Part shown: positions 10,419 to 20,958 of the stretch, in pieces
Numbering within the stretch: the stretch's first letter is position 1
Layout of the letters: every line of letters begins with the position of its first letter
Source: Eubacteriales bacterium
GTDB lineage: Bacteria > Bacillota > Clostridia > Oscillospirales > CAG-382
DNA: 64,000 nt
Reading direction: 5' to 3'
NCBI GenBank assembly: GCA_045593165.1
Contig: JAZNWF010000071.1
Coordinates: forward strand, 5,987 to 69,986
Program-made: the position numbers and the translations under genes
Notes under the pieces: model-generated
The model's input: the letters and a program-made list of their open reading frames with translations, nothing else
Databases searched by the model: none
Told to the model about the DNA's origin: nothing

Positions 10419-11522
10419 TTATTCAAGGTAATCCTTTAATTTTTTGGAACGGCTCGGATGACGAAGCTTACGCAACGCCTTTGCCTCTATCTGACGGATA
10501 CGTTCACGGGTGATATCGAATACCTTACCAACCTCTTCCAACGTACGGGGTCTGCCGTCTTCAAGACCGAAACGCAATTTAAGCACTGCCTCTTCACGCG
10601 GAGTGAGAGTATGCAATACCTCGAGAAGATGCTCACGGAGCATCTGATACGAGGCTGCATCGGCAGGTGCGGGAGTATTATCATCCGCGATAAAGTCGCC
10701 AAGGTGAGAATCCTCCTCTTCACCGATAGGCATTTCGAGCGAAACGGGCTCTTGCGCGATCTTCAAAATATCGCGAACCTTATCGACGGGCATATCCATT
10801 TCCTTTGCAATTTCTTCATCGAGAGGATCTCTTCCCTTTTCCTGAAGAAGCTGACGTGAAACGCGGAGTACTTTATTAATAGTTTCAACCATATGAACGG
10901 GTATTCTTATGGTTCTTGCCTGATCCGCGATAGCACGGGTAATTGCCTGTCTGATCCACCAGGTAGCATAGGTAGAGAACTTAAAGCCCTTACCGTAGTC
11001 GAACTTTTCAGCCGCCTTCATAAGACCCAAATTGCCCTCTTGAATGAGGTCGAGGAAGAACATACCGCGGTTTACATAACGTTTCGCAATGCTAACAACA
11101 AGACGAAGATTTGCTTCAACGAGCTGTTGCTTTGCGGCAAGATCGCCGTGAGACATTCTGTTAGCCAATTCGAGCTCTTTTTCTGCCGAAAGAAGCGGAA
11201 CCTTACCTATTTCCTTAAGATACATTCTTACGGGATCGTCGATAGAAACGCCCTCCTGAGTAAGAAGCGTATCAACATCCTCGGGTGACTCCTCAAATTC
11301 CTCATTATCGATATCGTCTTCGGACATATCGAATACAGCACTTGCGTTTTCGGCAGCAATCTCGATACCGTTACGCTCAAGCGCTTCGCATACCCTTTCA
11401 ATTTTTTCGATAGAAACGTCGGAATCGGCGACTGCTTCAAGTATCGTCGCAATCTTTATAGTGCCTTTTTCCTTTGCTTCATCGAACTGTTCCTGAGTAA
11501 AGCCGGACAAATCCTTATCCAT
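10419..11522 (-). CDS. rpoD: Primary RNA polymerase sigma factor (sigma-70/SigA)
   Basis: 367 aa. Regions 1.2 to 4 are present ([55 protein letters not shown]). Confidence 0.95.
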   Translation of the reverse strand: MDKDLSGFTQEQFDEAKEKGTIKIATILEAVADSDVSIEKIERVCEALERNGIEIAAENASAVFDMSEDDIDNEEFEESPEDVDTLLTQEGVSIDDPVRMYLKEIGKVPLLSAEKELELANRMSHGDLAAKQQLVEANLRLVVSIAKRYVNRGMFFLDLIQEGNLGLMKAAEKFDYGKGFKFSTYATWWIRQAITRAIADQARTIRIPVHMVETINKVLRVSRQLLQEKGRDPLDEEIAKEMDMPVDKVRDILKIAQEPVSLEMPIGEEEDSHLGDFIADDNTPAPADAASYQMLREHLLEVLHTLTPREEAVLKLRFGLEDGRPRTLEEVGKVFDITRERIRQIEAKALRKLRHPSRSKKLKDYLE

Positions 11523-13320
11523 TTTTATCCTCCTGTATGTTAGACTTTTTATTTTTTATCATATTCAAATACTCACCGAGCGCACTTGCCGGATCCGATT
11601 CGATTTTTTTATCATATTCATTGCGTTCGCGGAGTGTTTTCAACGCGTCTATATGCGAATTCAATGCGGCCAATGTGATATCACCAAGCTCAAGACGGGA
11701 CGCTCTGCAATTTTCCAGAGCACCTATTTCTCGCGCAGTAAGCACACCGTCCTTTGATAGAAGTATTTCTCTGCCCTCTGTAAAATCATCACGGAATAAA
11801 TTAAATATCTTTTTATTCAACGAGGTTGCAAAATCGTCCTCTGTCAAGCGTTTCAGAGCTTCGGGACCGAAATCGCTTCTGATAAGCAACAGCCCCAATA
11901 TCGATTCCTCATGAGAGGCTTCGGACGAGAAGCGCAATTTATCGGTGTTTGCGCCGCCACCGTATCCGCTTTGCTCCCTGAGTGCCGCACGTGCTATTTC
12001 TCTTTTTGCTTTGCTATCCTGCTTTTGATACAGGCGTTCAACCTCTGTTCGAACAGCCTCTGACGTAAGTCCAAGCTGCTGTGCCGCACGAGATGCATAT
12101 ACCTCACGCTCGGGACGCGAGGCGAGAGAAGCAATAAACGAGGTCACCTCAGAAACAGCGCGAAGCTTTTCCTCGGCTATCGAAACATCAAAGCGTGAAA
12201 TGATTTCGTTTATGCGGTAATCTATCTGTCCGGACGATCCGGTTAGCTTTGCTCTGAATGCGTTAGCACCGAACTTTTTGATAAATTCATCCGGGTCCTT
12301 TGCTTCCGTGCCGAGATTGATTATTTTTGTATCGACACCTACCTGATTAAGCAGATCGATACCCTTTAAAGTTGCTTTTCTGCCCGCTTTGTCTATATCA
12401 TATGCAAGATAAACGGTACGGCAAAAGCGTGCTATTATTCTTGCGTGCTCAGACGTTATCGCAGTACCGAGCGTCGCAATTGCGTTATCAAAGCCTGCCT
12501 GATGCAGAGCTATAGCATCGGGCGAGCCTTCACAAAGTATCAACGTACCTGATTCGGTATTTTTAGCAATATTCAAGCCGAAAAGAACTCGGCTTTTTTT
12601 GAATACGGGGGTATCGGAGGTATTAATATATTTCCGTTCATCCTCTTCGTTAAGTCGTCGTCCGCTGAACGCTACCACCTCGCCGTTGGTATCGAACACA
12701 GGGAACATTATACGGTTGCGGAAGATATCGTAAAGTCTGCCCTTTTTATTTTCGCCGCCCAAAAACGCAGTTTTAATTTCTAACGGAGTAAAGCCCTTTG
12801 CCATAAGATGATCACAAAGCGGAGCTTGTCCGAAGGCTGAATTGGGAGCATATCCGATACCGAAGCGTTTGATTGTGGTCGAGCTGAATTCTCTTTTCGC
12901 AAGGTATGTTCTTGCCTGCTCACCCTGCGGAGCGACGAGCGCTTTATAGAAAAACCTTGCGGCTTCTTTATTTATCTCAAGCAGTCTGTCACGGCGCACA
13001 ATCGGCTCATTCGAGCGTTTTTCATAATTTTCTTCCACTTTAATCCCTGCGCGCTTCGCCAAAAACTCAATAGCCTCGCGATATTCGAGGTTTTCTGTCT
13101 GCATTACGAACGTAACGACATCACCGCCTGCGCCGCAGCCGAAGCAGTAATAGCTTGAGGTTGAAGGAAATACCGTAAATGACGGCGTACGCTCGCTATG
13201 GAACGGACAACGTCCGACAAGATTACTGCCCGCACGTCTTAAAGTAACGGTTCTTCCGATAACCTCCTCGATGCTGTTACGCATTTTCAGTTCTTCCAAA
13301 AATTCACGCGTAAACGCCAT
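11515..13320 (-). CDS. dnaG: DNA primase
   Basis: Zinc finger [25 protein letters not shown] followed by a TOPRIM domain. Start moved to the Met (MAFTREF) preceded by AAAGGAGG 7 nt upstream. The ORF-track start at 13350 lacks an RBS. Confidence 0.93.
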   Translation of the reverse strand: MAFTREFLEELKMRNSIEEVIGRTVTLRRAGSNLVGRCPFHSERTPSFTVFPSTSSYYCFGCGAGGDVVTFVMQTENLEYREAIEFLAKRAGIKVEENYEKRSNEPIVRRDRLLEINKEAARFFYKALVAPQGEQARTYLAKREFSSTTIKRFGIGYAPNSAFGQAPLCDHLMAKGFTPLEIKTAFLGGENKKGRLYDIFRNRIMFPVFDTNGEVVAFSGRRLNEEDERKYINTSDTPVFKKSRVLFGLNIAKNTESGTLILCEGSPDAIALHQAGFDNAIATLGTAITSEHARIIARFCRTVYLAYDIDKAGRKATLKGIDLLNQVGVDTKIINLGTEAKDPDEFIKKFGANAFRAKLTGSSGQIDYRINEIISRFDVSIAEEKLRAVSEVTSFIASLASRPEREVYASRAAQQLGLTSEAVRTEVERLYQKQDSKAKREIARAALREQSGYGGGANTDKLRFSSEASHEESILGLLLIRSDFGPEALKRLTEDDFATSLNKKIFNLFRDDFTEGREILLSKDGVLTAREIGALENCRASRLELGDITLAALNSHIDALKTLRERNEYDKKIESDPASALGEYLNMIKNKKSNIQEDKNG

Positions 13321-13353
13321 CGTATTTCCTCCTTTCATAAAATCGAACAAAAA

Positions 13354-14352
13354 CTATTTATACTGCCAAACCTTCGGCACAAAAAGCTCGTTAAAGCAGC
13401 CTAATGCATATCTGTCGGTCATACCTGCGATAAAATCGGCTGTTACGATGCTGATTCCGTCACGCTCGGCATATTTCATATATTCCTTTGGAATACTTTC
13501 GGGGTGAGCTGAAAAATGTTCGAACAGGAACGTAATCATATTTATAACCTTATTGTCCTCGCTCTTGGTAACCTTGTCGCGATATACGGCATCAAACATA
13601 AAGTCACGAAGCTTATCCATAGCCGAGTAATACGGCTCCACAAGGCCAATTCCGTTTTCTATGCCGTGGTTTATAGCCGCCTGAACGAGATTGGTAATTC
13701 TTACTCCGTGAGTATAACCGAGGATATCCAAGACGTCCTTGGGGATATCGTCAATGCGCAAAACTCCGGCGCGGACAGCATCATCAATATCGTGATTTAT
13801 ATACGCAATTCTATCGGCAATCTTTATGATCCTTCCCTCTAAAGTGGATGCCGGTTTATCTCCCGTATGGCAGAGTATGCCGTCGCGTACCTCGTACGTA
13901 AGATTCAAGCCATTGCCTTCGTTTTCGAGAAAATCAACGATGCGCAGGCTTTGCTCGTTATGTCTGAATCCGCCGGGAAGAAGAGAATCGAGCGCTCTTT
14001 CTCCCGAATGACCGAACGGAGTGTGTCCGAGATCGTGGCCCAACGCCGCAGCTTCGGTAAGATCCTCGTTAAGACGTAACGCACGTGCAATTGTACGAGC
14101 GATCTGAACAACCTCAAGCGTATGCGTAAGGCGAGTACGGTAATGATCGCCCTCGGGTGCTAAAAACACCTGCATTTTATGCATCAAGCGACGAAAGCTT
14201 TTACAGTGAGTAATACGGTCGCGATCGCGTTGAAACTCGGTACGGACAGGACAATCCTCGACCGGACGTAATCTTCCGCGAGTATCCTTTACACGAAACG
14301 CCTCTTTGCAAAGAAACGCTTCTTCAAATGCAAAAGTGCCTTCTTTCATCAT
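13354..14352 (-). CDS. dGTP triphosphohydrolase-like HD-domain protein
   Basis: HD-domain signature (RLTHTLEV..ALGHDLGHTPFGH). The ATG at 14352 follows a GAGGGTG RBS, and the track start at 14367 is a GTG inside that RBS. Confidence 0.88.
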   Translation of the reverse strand: MMKEGTFAFEEAFLCKEAFRVKDTRGRLRPVEDCPVRTEFQRDRDRITHCKSFRRLMHKMQVFLAPEGDHYRTRLTHTLEVVQIARTIARALRLNEDLTEAAALGHDLGHTPFGHSGERALDSLLPGGFRHNEQSLRIVDFLENEGNGLNLTYEVRDGILCHTGDKPASTLEGRIIKIADRIAYINHDIDDAVRAGVLRIDDIPKDVLDILGYTHGVRITNLVQAAINHGIENGIGLVEPYYSAMDKLRDFMFDAVYRDKVTKSEDNKVINMITFLFEHFSAHPESIPKEYMKYAERDGISIVTADFIAGMTDRYALGCFNELFVPKVWQYK

Positions 14353-14475
14353 AAATATCACCCTCACGATTTTGTTTTACAAGAATATATACGCTAAAAT
14401 ATGCAAATTTACTTTTTTGTTTTACTTTTTTTGCAAAAAATTAGCAAATTGTCAATTTCTTTTTTTCGCTTTCGC

Positions 14476-14504
14476 TTGTCTTTTACTGAAAGTAATGGTA
14501 TAAT
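14476..14504 (+). promoter_or_regulatory. Sigma-70-type promoter for the DUF5685 operon
   Basis: TTGTCT, 17 nt, then TGgTATAAT (extended -10), about 35 nt upstream of the ATG at 14539. Confidence 0.7.
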
Positions 14505-14538
14505 TGTTTCTGTATTATTATACAATCACGGAGGCACG

Positions 14539-15396
14539 ATGTTCGGTTATATCAGGCCTGTCAAGGCCGAGCTCTATGTTAAGGACAGCGAATTTTATTC
14601 CGCAACCTATTGCGGTTTATGCCGATACGGCGGAAAAAACATATCGCATTTAACACGTTGGCTTTTAAACTACGATTTCGTATTACTTGCTTTATTACGA
14701 ATGTCGTTGACCGACGAATCGGTTTGCGTTCAAAAAAAGCGTTGCCCTTATAATCTACGCAAAAAGAACTGCACCTGTGCTGATGAAAGCTATTCGTTTG
14801 TATGCTCTGCATTTGGTCACCTTACGTACGGAAAGCTTTTGGATGACATAAAGGATGAAAAGGGCCTTAAGCGTCTTATAAAAAAGGCTGTCAAGCCCAT
14901 ATTCAGCCATATCAACCTGAAATCCGATAAATTTGAGGGTCTTCAGGATATCGTCGTTGACGGCCTTTCAGCCACGGATGAAGCGGAGAAATCACAATGC
15001 TCATCCCTTGACCGCGCCGCAGACGGATTTGCCGCAATGGTGAAGAAAATCGCTTCATACGGGCTTGAAGGAGCAAAAAAACGCATAGCCGAGGACTGTG
15101 GATATCACATAGGCAGATTTATATATATAGCTGATGCATTCGACGATATGGAAAGCGATGAAAAAAGCGGCAATTATAATCCGCTTCTTCTCCGCTACGG
15201 AAGTGCTGAAAACGCTATGAACGATGTCGAAGCTATTAAAGAAACGCTGTTTGACAGCTTGAACGCATTTTCACACGCCTATGCTCTTGCGGTTCACGAG
15301 CCGATGAATGGTATAGACAGAATAATATTTAACATAACAGAGCTCGGCGGAAGAGCCGCCGTAGCGCGCATTATCGAAAGGAAAAGCAAAATATGA
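14539..15396 (+). CDS. DUF5685 family protein (uncharacterised, Cys-rich N-terminus)
   Basis: Starts [29 protein letters not shown] after a GGAGG RBS. I recognise this N-terminus as the DUF5685 family. The upstream 46 codons of the track ORF are low-complexity and overlap the promoter. Confidence 0.75.
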   Translation: MFGYIRPVKAELYVKDSEFYSATYCGLCRYGGKNISHLTRWLLNYDFVLLALLRMSLTDESVCVQKKRCPYNLRKKNCTCADESYSFVCSAFGHLTYGKLLDDIKDEKGLKRLIKKAVKPIFSHINLKSDKFEGLQDIVVDGLSATDEAEKSQCSSLDRAADGFAAMVKKIASYGLEGAKKRIAEDCGYHIGRFIYIADAFDDMESDEKSGNYNPLLLRYGSAENAMNDVEAIKETLFDSLNAFSHAYALAVHEPMNGIDRIIFNITELGGRAAVARIIERKSKI

Positions 15397-16010
15397 CCAA
15401 CCCTTATGAAGTATTGGGAGTTTCGGAAAACGCATCCGACGAGGAGATAAAGAAAGCGTACCGAAAGCTCGCAAAGCAGTATCATCCCGATAACTACGTC
15501 GATAACCCCTTAAAGGATCTTGCGGCTGAAAAAATGAAAGCCATCAACGAAGCTTACGACACAATTCAGAAGCAACGTGCTAACGGTTATTCGGGCAACA
15601 CAAACTATAATAGCAATAACAGCTCTAATTCCTATAACGGTGATAACGGATTCGTTCGCGTACGCAGGCTTATCAACGCTAACCGCATCGACGAGGCGGA
15701 AGCTGTTCTTAACGGTATGTCCGCCGGCGAACGCAACGCAGAATGGCATTTCCTTATGGGGCTGATCTTCTACCGCAAGGGTTGGCTTCAGGATGCAAGA
15801 AACGAAATCAACATCGCTTGCCAAATGGATCCCTACAACCGTGAATACCGTGCCGCTCAGCAGAGGTTGAACGGCGGCGCATATTCGAGTCCTTATGCAG
15901 GCATGAATACTAACACGAGCGGGTGTACCGGATGTGACGTTTGTCAAGGATTGCTCTGTGCTGACTGCTGTTGCGAATGTATGGGCGGCGACCTGATACG
16001 CTGCTGTTGA
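15393..16010 (+). CDS. J-domain protein with TPR-like middle and C-terminal cysteine string
   Basis: N-terminal J domain ([18 protein letters not shown] with an HPD motif). The tail [28 protein letters not shown] has 11 Cys in 28 residues. ATGA overlap with the upstream gene. Confidence 0.85.
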   Translation: MTNPYEVLGVSENASDEEIKKAYRKLAKQYHPDNYVDNPLKDLAAEKMKAINEAYDTIQKQRANGYSGNTNYNSNNSSNSYNGDNGFVRVRRLINANRIDEAEAVLNGMSAGERNAEWHFLMGLIFYRKGWLQDARNEINIACQMDPYNREYRAAQQRLNGGAYSSPYAGMNTNTSGCTGCDVCQGLLCADCCCECMGGDLIRCC

Positions 16011-16011
16011 T

Positions 16012-16527
16012 ATGAAAAAAGCAAAAAAAATTGCCATTGCGGGAATTTTGACTGCATTGGCAGTAGTGTTTTTATTTGTTGGTTCTTTATTTCAAACACT
16101 CGACTTAAGTGCGGCGGCATTGGGCAGCATAATAATTCTCATCGCCTTGATAGAGCTCGGAAAAAGCTGGGCTATGGGTGTTTATGCTGGCGCTTCTCTG
16201 CTTTCCATGCTATTGCTTCCGAATAAAACGGCAGCTTTGATATTTATGCTTTTTGCAGGGTTTTATCCGATTATCAAGCAACCCTTAAACCGCATTAAGC
16301 CCATATGGTTTTCATACCTTGTGCGCATTACCGTGTTCAACGCATTATTAACCGTACTGGTATACGTATCCACATACTTTTTCGGTATTGATGAAAGTTT
16401 TATTGGGTTCGGTGTTATAATTTACGCGCTTTCGAACATTACCTTCCTCGTATATGATTTCGCTTTGGAGCGCATAGCCGTTACCTATGCAGTACGTATA
16501 AAACCGATGCTTTTCAGAAGACGGTAG
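16012..16527 (+). CDS. Small integral membrane protein (about 5 TM)
   Basis: 171 aa and hydrophobic throughout. Starts 2 nt after the stop of the J-protein gene. Faint resemblance to ECF-transporter S components, which is not enough to call. Confidence 0.6.
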   Translation: MKKAKKIAIAGILTALAVVFLFVGSLFQTLDLSAAALGSIIILIALIELGKSWAMGVYAGASLLSMLLLPNKTAALIFMLFAGFYPIIKQPLNRIKPIWFSYLVRITVFNALLTVLVYVSTYFFGIDESFIGFGVIIYALSNITFLVYDFALERIAVTYAVRIKPMLFRRR

Positions 16528-16556
16528 TTGACAAATTTAAACACGCGTGATATAAT
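16528..16556 (+). promoter_or_regulatory. Consensus sigma-70 promoter for yicC-remA-rpoZ-priA
   Basis: TTGACA, 17 nt, TATAAT, followed about 28 nt later by a GGAGG RBS and the ATG at 16585. Confidence 0.8.
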
Positions 16557-16584
16557 TATATGATATTTTTTCCGGAGGTCCTAT

Positions 16585-17463
16585 ATGATAAAGAGCATGA
16601 CCGGCTACGGACGCCACCGTGAGGTGATAGACGGCCGCGACATACTGTGCGAGGTCAAGTCGGTAAACAGCCGCTACCTCGACACTAACATAAAATTAGG
16701 CAGACTTTATTCCGCGCTTGAGGACAAGGTCAAGCAGTACGCTTCGAGTCGTGTTTCGCGTGGCAAATTGGATATATACATCTCGATCGACAACATTCAG
16801 GGTGATGATAACGGCCTTTCGGTAAACGAAAAGTTTCTCGAAAGTTACGTTGCGCTTCTCCGTGACATCAAGGACAGATACTCATTAGGCGGCGACGTTA
16901 CGATACAAACAGTTGCCGGCAGAAACGAAGTATTCGTTCAGACCCGTCCCGAAGAAGACACCGAAGCCGCAGGAAACGCACTTTTGACCGTTATGGAAAA
17001 GGCATTTGACGGTTTCACGGCTATGAGAGAAGCGGAGGGTGCAAAGCTCGAAGCAGACCTTATTTCTCATCTTGAGGTTTTAGAAGGCATTCGTGCAAGC
17101 ATCGCGTTAAGAGCGCCCGAATCGGTAAAGGAAAATAACGAAAAGATGAAGGCACGCATTCGCGAGCTTTTGGACGGTGCCAATTACGACGAATCTCGCT
17201 TGCTTACGGAATGTGCGGTATTTGCCGACAAGGCTGACATCAGCGAGGAGCTTGCAAGGCTTGATTCGCACTTCACACAATTTCGCAAGATACTTAAAGA
17301 AAACGCACCCGTGGGCAGAAAGCTTGATTTTCTTGTTCAGGAAATGAACCGCGAGGTAAACACCATTGGCTCGAAATGCAACGACAGCGAGATAGCGAAG
17401 CAGGTCATCGAAGCGAAAAGCTACGTTGAAAAGATCCGCGAGCAGATACAGAACATTGAATAG
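16585..17463 (+). CDS. yicC: YicC family stress-induced protein
   Basis: 292 aa. MTGYGR N-terminus and the C-terminal DFLVQEMNREVNTIGSK motif typical of YicC/YloC. Confidence 0.9.
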   Translation: MIKSMTGYGRHREVIDGRDILCEVKSVNSRYLDTNIKLGRLYSALEDKVKQYASSRVSRGKLDIYISIDNIQGDDNGLSVNEKFLESYVALLRDIKDRYSLGGDVTIQTVAGRNEVFVQTRPEEDTEAAGNALLTVMEKAFDGFTAMREAEGAKLEADLISHLEVLEGIRASIALRAPESVKENNEKMKARIRELLDGANYDESRLLTECAVFADKADISEELARLDSHFTQFRKILKENAPVGRKLDFLVQEMNREVNTIGSKCNDSEIAKQVIEAKSYVEKIREQIQNIE

Positions 17464-17475
17464 GAGGCCGAGTCT

Positions 17476-17715
17476 ATGAAGCTTATTGATGCGGGATTTG
17501 GCAACTATATAAACTGCGAGCGTATTATTTCGGTGGTATCGCCTGATTCGTTACCCGTAAGACGCTTGATACAAGATGCAAAAAACGCAGGCAGAATGAT
17601 TGACGTCAGTTGCGGAAAAAAGACCAAATCGGTTCTTGTAACCGACAGCGACCACATAATATGCTCCGCAGAAGAGCCCGAAGTAATAATCAAAACCATT
17701 GAATCGTGTAATTAA
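17476..17715 (+). CDS. remA: DUF370 protein / RemA-like regulator
   Basis: 79 aa. GFGNYINCERIISVVSPDSLPVRRLIQDAKNAGRMIDVSCGKKTKSVLVTDSDHI matches the RemA/YlzA family. Confidence 0.9.
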   Translation: MKLIDAGFGNYINCERIISVVSPDSLPVRRLIQDAKNAGRMIDVSCGKKTKSVLVTDSDHIICSAEEPEVIIKTIESCN

Positions 17716-17743
17716 TTTTCAAAAATAAAGAGGTAATCACATT

Positions 17744-18004
17744 ATGATGCTTTATCCCAACGTTCAGGACCTTACCAACGATAAAGTGAACCGCTACAAG
17801 CTTGTTATTGCAACCGCTAAATGCGCACGCCACCTTATCGACAAAGCAAACGACGAGCGTGAGCTTGAAGAAAGACGCAGATTGGAAACCGATCGCTTCT
17901 CCAAGGACAATAAGTACGAAAACGATATTCTCCTTACCGAAAAGCCCGTATCGGTAGCCGTTCAGAAGCTTTACGACGGCGAATATACCATAGTTACCGA
18001 ATAA
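17744..18004 (+). CDS. rpoZ: DNA-directed RNA polymerase subunit omega
   Basis: 86 aa. NRYKLVIATAKCARHL core, in the conserved position between remA and priA. Confidence 0.85.
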   Translation: MMLYPNVQDLTNDKVNRYKLVIATAKCARHLIDKANDERELEERRRLETDRFSKDNKYENDILLTEKPVSVAVQKLYDGEYTIVTE

Positions 18005-18005
18005 A

Positions 18006-20474
18006 ATGAAGAAAGCGTATGCCTTCGTACACATAACCGATATAAATTACGGTATTGACAGAGAATACAGTTATTTCGTGCCGGAAAATCTCCGTGACGA
18101 AATTAAAATCGGTTCGGTGGCGGTCGTGCCTTTCGGCAATTCAAACAAAAGAGTTAGTGCCGTCGTATGCGGTTTTGCGGAGTCTTCGGATTATCCGCAC
18201 TGCAAATCGATCGACAGTATTTTGGCTTACCCGTTTGAAGTGCCCGAAGACCTCATCCGCACCTGTACGTTTATGAAGGAGCGCTTTTTCTGTACATTCG
18301 GAAGTGCTTTTCGCACGGTTATACCGCCCGGCGTAAATCTCGGAAGCGAAACCGTTTACGAAGCGGTAAGCGATAAAAGCGTCGATAGGCTCAACAGCTC
18401 GGCTGAGGTTTTATTTAGACACATCAAGCTAAACGGTGCTTGCAACGAGCGTGAACTGGTAAATGAGTTCGGCGAGGAATGCAAAAAGCTTTTATCGTCG
18501 CTTACAAAAAGCGGGTACATCGTACGCGACACACGCGTGCCGGAAAAACTGAACGAAAAGAATCTTCACACCTATACGCTCACCATTCCGACAGAAGAAG
18601 CCAATGCGCTTTGCGAAACAGGCGAAGGTCTTACCGAAAAGCAGAAGGGACTTATAAGTCTTCTGACACACTTCCCCGCCGCTACAATGCGCGAGATCGA
18701 GGAGTTGGGCGGTTATTCATCCGCTATTGTAAACGCTCTTGTTAAAAAGGGATACGTCGAAAAACGCGATACGACTTTTTTCCGCGAAGCATACAATTTC
18801 AGCAACGTCGAGCCTGAGGGTGAATATCATCTTTCCGATGAGCAAAGAAATGTTGTTGACGGGCTCACAGAGCTTTCCAAGGCAAAGGAAGCGAAGGCGG
18901 CTTTGCTTTTTGGTGTTACAGGAAGCGGAAAGACAAGAGTTATAACCGAAACCGCAAAGAGTGTCATTGCCGACAGCAAGCAGGTTATTATTCTCGTTCC
19001 CGAGATAGGACTTGCATCGCAGGCTGTTAAAGCGTATGCGGCGGCATTCGGCGAACGCCTGGCAGTTATACATTCGATGCTGTCCGTCGGCGAACGTACA
19101 GACACCTACAGGAAAATCCAAAGCGGCGAAATAGACATTGTTATTGGCACACGAAGTGCAATATTTGCGCCGTTTAAGAATTTGGGTATGGTCGCTATTG
19201 ATGAGGAGCAGGCGCACACATATAAAAGTGAAATGCAACCCAAATACAACGCTATAGACGTCGCTCGCTTCAGATGCGTCGAGGCGAATGCATTATTGCT
19301 CCTTGCATCTGCCACACCCTCGATCGAAAGCTTTTACAAAGCAAAAAAAGGAATATATTCCCTTTTCACACTCAATAATCGTTACGGCGGAAGCGAGCTT
19401 CCCGAGGTGATCATTGAGGATCTTCGCGAGGATCCGACACGGTTTTCGGAAAAGATGATAGGCACACGCTTATCGTACGAATTGAAAGCAATAAAGGCAA
19501 ACGACGAACAGGCTTTGCTCTTTGTAAATCGCCGCGGCTTCAACTCCCACATTTCCTGCAGAGAATGCGGCTATGTTTTTACTTGTCCGAACTGCTCGGT
19601 ATCACTCACTCACCACGCTTACGAGGGAAACAGGCGAGGCGGAAAGCGTTTATCCTGTCATTATTGCGGATACACAGTGTCTCTTCCCTCACAATGCCCA
19701 ACCTGCGGCGGCAACAAAATCGGATATTCGGGATTTGGAACCCAGAAGCTTCAAGACGAGCTCGAGAGCGATTTTTCCGAGCTTAAAATAACGCGAATGG
19801 ATTCTGACACTACCGGAGGAAAATTCTCGCACGATAAGCTTATCGAGGAATTTGCCAACCGTGAAAGCGATGTTCTTATAGGCACGCAGATGATTTCCAA
19901 AGGCTTGGACTTCCCCGGAGTCAAGCTCGCAAGTGCGGTTTCCATCGACAATTCGCTTTATATGGATGATTTCCGTGCAGGCGAGCGCACGTTTTCTCTT
20001 ATTGCACAGCTTGTGGGACGTGCGGGACGCGCAGGCGGTAAAGGAAAAGCAATCTTGCAGACATATAATCCCGAAAACGAAACGTTAAGGCTTGCCGCAA
20101 CACAAAATTATGAAAAATTCTACGAAAGCGAGATACGCTTAAGAAAAGCCGTTGTATTTCCGCCGTTTTGCTCGATGGCGGTGTTTGGTTTTGCGTCGGT
20201 TTCCGAATCGGAGTGCGAAGCGTTTGCGCGCAGATTTGACACAATTTTGCTTTCGAAATACGATAAAGAATTCAAAGATATTAAAATAATAAAATTCGGT
20301 CCGTTCAAAAACGGAGTTTACAAAGTAATGGGCAGGTTCCGTCAGCGCATTATTATAAAGTACAAGGACAGCGCACGAGCACGCGAGTTTTTATCCGCGC
20401 TATACAAAGAAGGTCTGACAGCTTCTCCAAAGGGAGTAAAATTCGACCTTGACGTGAACCCCACTCTTATTTAG
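18006..20474 (+). CDS. priA: Primosomal protein N' (replication restart helicase)
   Basis: 822 aa. Walker A GVTGSGKT, a DEEQ box, and a Cys-rich zinc insertion CRECGYVFTCPNCSV..CHYCGY..CPTCG. Confidence 0.95.
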   Translation: MKKAYAFVHITDINYGIDREYSYFVPENLRDEIKIGSVAVVPFGNSNKRVSAVVCGFAESSDYPHCKSIDSILAYPFEVPEDLIRTCTFMKERFFCTFGSAFRTVIPPGVNLGSETVYEAVSDKSVDRLNSSAEVLFRHIKLNGACNERELVNEFGEECKKLLSSLTKSGYIVRDTRVPEKLNEKNLHTYTLTIPTEEANALCETGEGLTEKQKGLISLLTHFPAATMREIEELGGYSSAIVNALVKKGYVEKRDTTFFREAYNFSNVEPEGEYHLSDEQRNVVDGLTELSKAKEAKAALLFGVTGSGKTRVITETAKSVIADSKQVIILVPEIGLASQAVKAYAAAFGERLAVIHSMLSVGERTDTYRKIQSGEIDIVIGTRSAIFAPFKNLGMVAIDEEQAHTYKSEMQPKYNAIDVARFRCVEANALLLLASATPSIESFYKAKKGIYSLFTLNNRYGGSELPEVIIEDLREDPTRFSEKMIGTRLSYELKAIKANDEQALLFVNRRGFNSHISCRECGYVFTCPNCSVSLTHHAYEGNRRGGKRLSCHYCGYTVSLPSQCPTCGGNKIGYSGFGTQKLQDELESDFSELKITRMDSDTTGGKFSHDKLIEEFANRESDVLIGTQMISKGLDFPGVKLASAVSIDNSLYMDDFRAGERTFSLIAQLVGRAGRAGGKGKAILQTYNPENETLRLAATQNYEKFYESEIRLRKAVVFPPFCSMAVFGFASVSESECEAFARRFDTILLSKYDKEFKDIKIIKFGPFKNGVYKVMGRFRQRIIIKYKDSARAREFLSALYKEGLTASPKGVKFDLDVNPTLI

Positions 20475-20484
20475 GAGGACACAT

Positions 20485-20958
20485 ATGGCTATTTTAAACA
20501 TTCTCAAAGAGGGCGATGAAACGCTTCGAAAGAAGTGCAGACCCGTTGAAGAAATCACACCGAGAATACTTACACTTCTTGACGATATGCACGACACGCT
20601 CGAAAAAGCTCAGGGTGTCGGTCTTGCCGCACCTCAGGTAGGCGTACTCAGAAGAATCGTTATCGTTGAGATAGGCGACAAGAAATACGAAATGATCAAC
20701 CCCGAAATCGTTGCCACCAAGGGCAAGCAGGAGGAAATTGAGGCTTGTCTTTCGGTACCCGAAAAGTACGGTCTTGTAAAGCGTCCTGCTTGGGTTAAGG
20801 TACGCGCCACCGACAGAAACGGCAACGTTTACGAAGTGGAGGGCACAGAGCTTATGGCGAGATGTTTCTGTCATGAATTGGATCATCTTGACGGTACATT
20901 ATACATTGACAGAGCCATCGAGGTCTACGATGCCGACGAAATCGAGGACGAAGAATGA
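20485..20958 (+). CDS. def: Peptide deformylase
   Basis: 157 aa. GVGLAAPQVG, EACLSVP and HELDHLDG motifs. Confidence 0.95.
   Translation: MAILNILKEGDETLRKKCRPVEEITPRILTLLDDMHDTLEKAQGVGLAAPQVGVLRRIVIVEIGDKKYEMINPEIVATKGKQEEIEACLSVPEKYGLVKRPAWVKVRATDRNGNVYEVEGTELMARCFCHELDHLDGTLYIDRAIEVYDADEIEDEE

Noticed and set aside
14401-14538. N-terminal extensions in the ORF track (DUF5685 at 14401, prkC at 24827, blaI at 39784, yhhN at 59540, lysR at 60395, dfx at 43724, rubredoxin at 43356, dnaG at 13350)
   Set aside because: The extensions overlap promoters, terminators or upstream genes and lack an RBS. Internal ATG or GTG codons preceded by GGAGG-like sequences give products that begin at the conserved family N-termini.
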